A DNA stretch of 52,654 bases from Octopus bimaculoides. Its lineage: Eukaryota. The stretch is from positions 117,129,103 to 117,181,756 of the forward strand of contig NC_068982.1 of assembly GCF_001194135.2 (NCBI RefSeq). Reading direction: 5' to 3'. This document shows, one piece after another, positions 49,876 through 52,654 of this stretch. The notes below the pieces were generated by a model. It did no database searches and was not told the origin of the DNA. It saw only the letters and a program-made list of their open reading frames with translations. The translations under genes were made by a program, and so were the position numbers. Every line of letters begins with the position of its first letter. The first letter of the stretch is position 1.

Positions 49876-52527
49876 ATGACCCTGCTCAGAGTAGGCAGTA
49901 TAAATGCACGTGGCTTGGGGTCGTCTTGGAAACAAGGCCATCAACTCAAAGAACTCAGGTCACTAAGTATCGATGTAGTGGCTAGCAGTGAAACAAGACT
50001 GCCAGACCGAAAAGCTTTTATGCCAATATTTGGTGAATACAAGATATATCTGTTCCCATGTCAACAGGGAATGGGAGGTGAAACTGTCTGGATCTCAAGA
50101 TGAGGACTAATTTCTTGGACCCAGAAGATAAAGTGGTGGACATGGATGTGAGCGGTAGCGACAGATATGCCCTTATACTGGTGGCTGTTTATGCTCCGAC
50201 AAGAGGAGGACAGTCGGACTTTATCAGACGTCTGGAGGTAGGTGTACCTAGGAACGTCTCGAACTTTAGTGCTTATGGGTGATGCAACGCTATCTTAGAT
50301 CCACAGCTGGGCCGTGGGGTCTAACGGGTAGAAGAGGTAGGTGCAAAAGCCTCACAGACCTGCTCAGACGTTTTCAGTTCTCTGAAAGATACCTTTGGAT
50401 TTATTGAATGTGCCAGTGTGGACCTGGTCTAACCGTATCGGGTCAGCCTGTAGACCAGTAGATAAAGATAGTATAAGTTGAACGCTTTTTTTAAGTCGTC
50501 GGCTACACAGGCCACAAATTTGTGATTTGTACAGTCGACCTAGTCTGCATAGGCAGGGACCAAGTTACTGGAAGCTGAACGCGTCTCTTCCGGCGTGCCA
50601 AGCTTACAGAGATGGGATTGGCGAATTAGTTAAGCGGGTGTTAACGGGATCAACCCTCACAAACTAATGGAAGTACGTCCTAAAAAGACTAATTAGAATA
50701 GAATCCATTAGGTTTAGCAAGGTACTAGCAATAAAGAAAAAATAGAATAAAAGGGAACCTAGTTAAGAGCTTAAAAGAGGCGTTTAGAAGAGGTATTGCA
50801 AATGATATGATGGCGGCGAGTTTGGCGCTGGACCAATTCACAAACGCCACGCACGAAGTATACATTGGCAGAACTAAGGTACGTGCTCTAAGAAACGAAA
50901 GAACTAAAGCTGCTCGGTGGGCATGAGGGGCAGTGGCTCAACGTAGCACAAAGCTACAATTCGGTCTTCAGTGAACCAAAGTGGGCGCACAGTGCTTGAG
51001 CCTGAGCAGATATGTGCGGCGTTTGGGACGAATGGTGGTCCGGAACGCAGGATGGACTTTACTGCCTACTTGGACGGCATGCCACTACTCTCTCCAATTG
51101 GGGCGTGGTGTTGCCAAATACCGATAATATCCATGGAAATACGGGATGCGATGATGGGTCGCACAGGAAGCAAATCGTCCGGTTTGGACGGTCTCTCCTA
51201 CAAGATTTACTATATATACCAGACTTCTTTGATGGCTCTTTAGCAGATATCTAACGTAGCTGGCAACAGAACGTAGAATTCTTAGTTATGTGAGCTGATG
51301 AGCGGTGGTACTGCTGAGAAAGGACCCAAGCAATGGGAAACAAATGGAAAATTTCCGGCACATAACGCTGCTAAATCCAGACTTCAAAATTTTGGCCATG
51401 GTGCAAGCGAAGAGGTTGGCGCTTGTCATCGAGGAAGCAATTTCTGATGCACAAATGTGTGCCATCATAAGCAGATCTATCCACGACAAACTCCACCGCA
51501 TGCCACAGAATGACAGCTGCGTAATGAAGCTGGCATTATTGGGGCTTTGATAAATTTGGATCAATCGAAAGCCTTTGATATGGTCGACCACCAATACTTG
51601 GCGGCCGTCCTGACAGCAGTCAATTTCGATCTCGTTTCCCGTGGCTAGATCACAGCAATATACAGCGACATCTGCTCGGTAGTTAGTATGAATTGTTACC
51701 TGTCAGAACCATTTAGCATTATGTACGCGATCCGGCAAGAGTATTCCCTCTCATCTCTCTCGTATGTAATGGCACTAGCGCAACTGCTGCGGAAACTGGA
51801 GGCGTTGAGAGGTATCTTGCGCGAACTAGGACGTGGGATAAACGTATCGGTATACACGGACGACGTCACCGTCATAGTTTAGAACAACGGGTATATAGAC
51901 GTGGTCGACACCGCTCTAAAAGAATACGAAGCGGTGACAGGAGCAAAAATTAACCAGAAGTCAGTCCGCTTGCAACTCGGCACCTGAAGGTGCAGATCCA
52001 TGCCTTCCAACAGCGACGTGGGACGCTGGACGGAAGGACCGGTTAAATTGCTCGGGGTCTGGTTCGGTCCAGATCTCAAAGTGGAGAAGAAGTGGAACGA
52101 GGTGGCGAGATGGGTAACTAATCTTACCCAGAAATGTGCTGAGAGAAAGCTATCCCTGAAAGGTCAGGCAGAGGTGAAGAATGATACATAGCATCCGTCA
52201 TCTACTACCACCTCACCATCATGACCTGTCTCCGATCGGGTCTGACTAAACTGGAGCGCCTACTCTTCCGCATTCTGTGGAAGGGACGTGTTCCACTGGT
52301 CAGGCGCTGTATTTGATGTCAACACCCACTAAACGGAGGGCTGTGTATACCGTGGTTATTGATGCGCAGACATGCGCTGGGGCTGCGGTATCTCCAGTGT
52401 TTTCTAGTGTGGTCGCCATTTGTCAGACATGATTTCCCACTCTTTGATTAATCTGCTGTCCTGATCAAACGTAAACAGAGGCAAGACGCCTGACACGTAG
52501 AGTGACGTCACACTCCTCTACCAGTCG

Positions 52528-52528
<1 letters not shown>
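49876..52528 (+). mobile_element. L1/Tx1-clade LINE ORF2 pseudogene (AP endonuclease + RT), 3'-truncated
   Basis: Endonuclease motifs VGSINARGL, ASSETRL, LVAVYAPT and GPSYWKLNASL. RT motifs KSSGLDG, NFRHITLLNPDFKILA, NLDQSKAFDMVDH, IRQEYSLS, YTDD (51853-51864), GAKIN and KLLGVWFG. Many stops and frameshifts. Confidence 0.93.

Positions 52529-52600
<72 letters not shown>
52529..52600. repeat. (ATT)n microsatellite
   Basis: Direct trinucleotide run where ORF2 homology ends. Confidence 0.97.
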
Positions 52601-52601
<1 letters not shown>

Positions 52602-52654
52602 ATCATTATTATTATTATTGTTCAGTAGTTTTATTTTTATAACGTGCTTTCACT

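Noticed and set aside
36998-51301. Exact CTGATGA hammerhead core words at 36998-37004 (+), 46500-46506 (-) and 51295-51301 (+)
   Set aside because: None has a stem II followed by GAAA and stems I/III; these are chance 7-mers.

Overview
AT-rich animal genomic DNA from a gapped short-read scaffold (8 N-runs, most flanked by simple repeats). The SINE families look like octopus/cephalopod SINEs to me (recognition from memory, not a database hit). I found no convincing host protein-coding gene, tRNA, rRNA or CRISPR array. The window is a transposable-element graveyard: a Tigger/pogo remnant, two mariners (one near full-length with TIRs and TA duplications), several Penelope-like (PLE) fragments, two Helitron remnants, several decayed RTE-type LINEs, a CR1/L2/Jockey-type 3' end, a ~4.5 kb L1/Tx1-like element, about 20 SINE pieces and many microsatellites. 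The best leads are: degenerate minimal hammerhead-ribozyme motifs at PLE termini (92-139 minus, 15362-15400 plus, a remnant near 41570); a chain of four mutually diverged head-to-tail SINEs (43780-44735); a 17-bp-stem hairpin at 24458-24495; a ~90-bp YY1-motif insertion inside a mariner; and a diverged ~140-bp repeat pair. All translations and alignments were done by eye and element boundaries are approximate. I see no strong evidence for a wholly new biological system; the hammerhead motifs belong to a known class but these copies may be unannotated.
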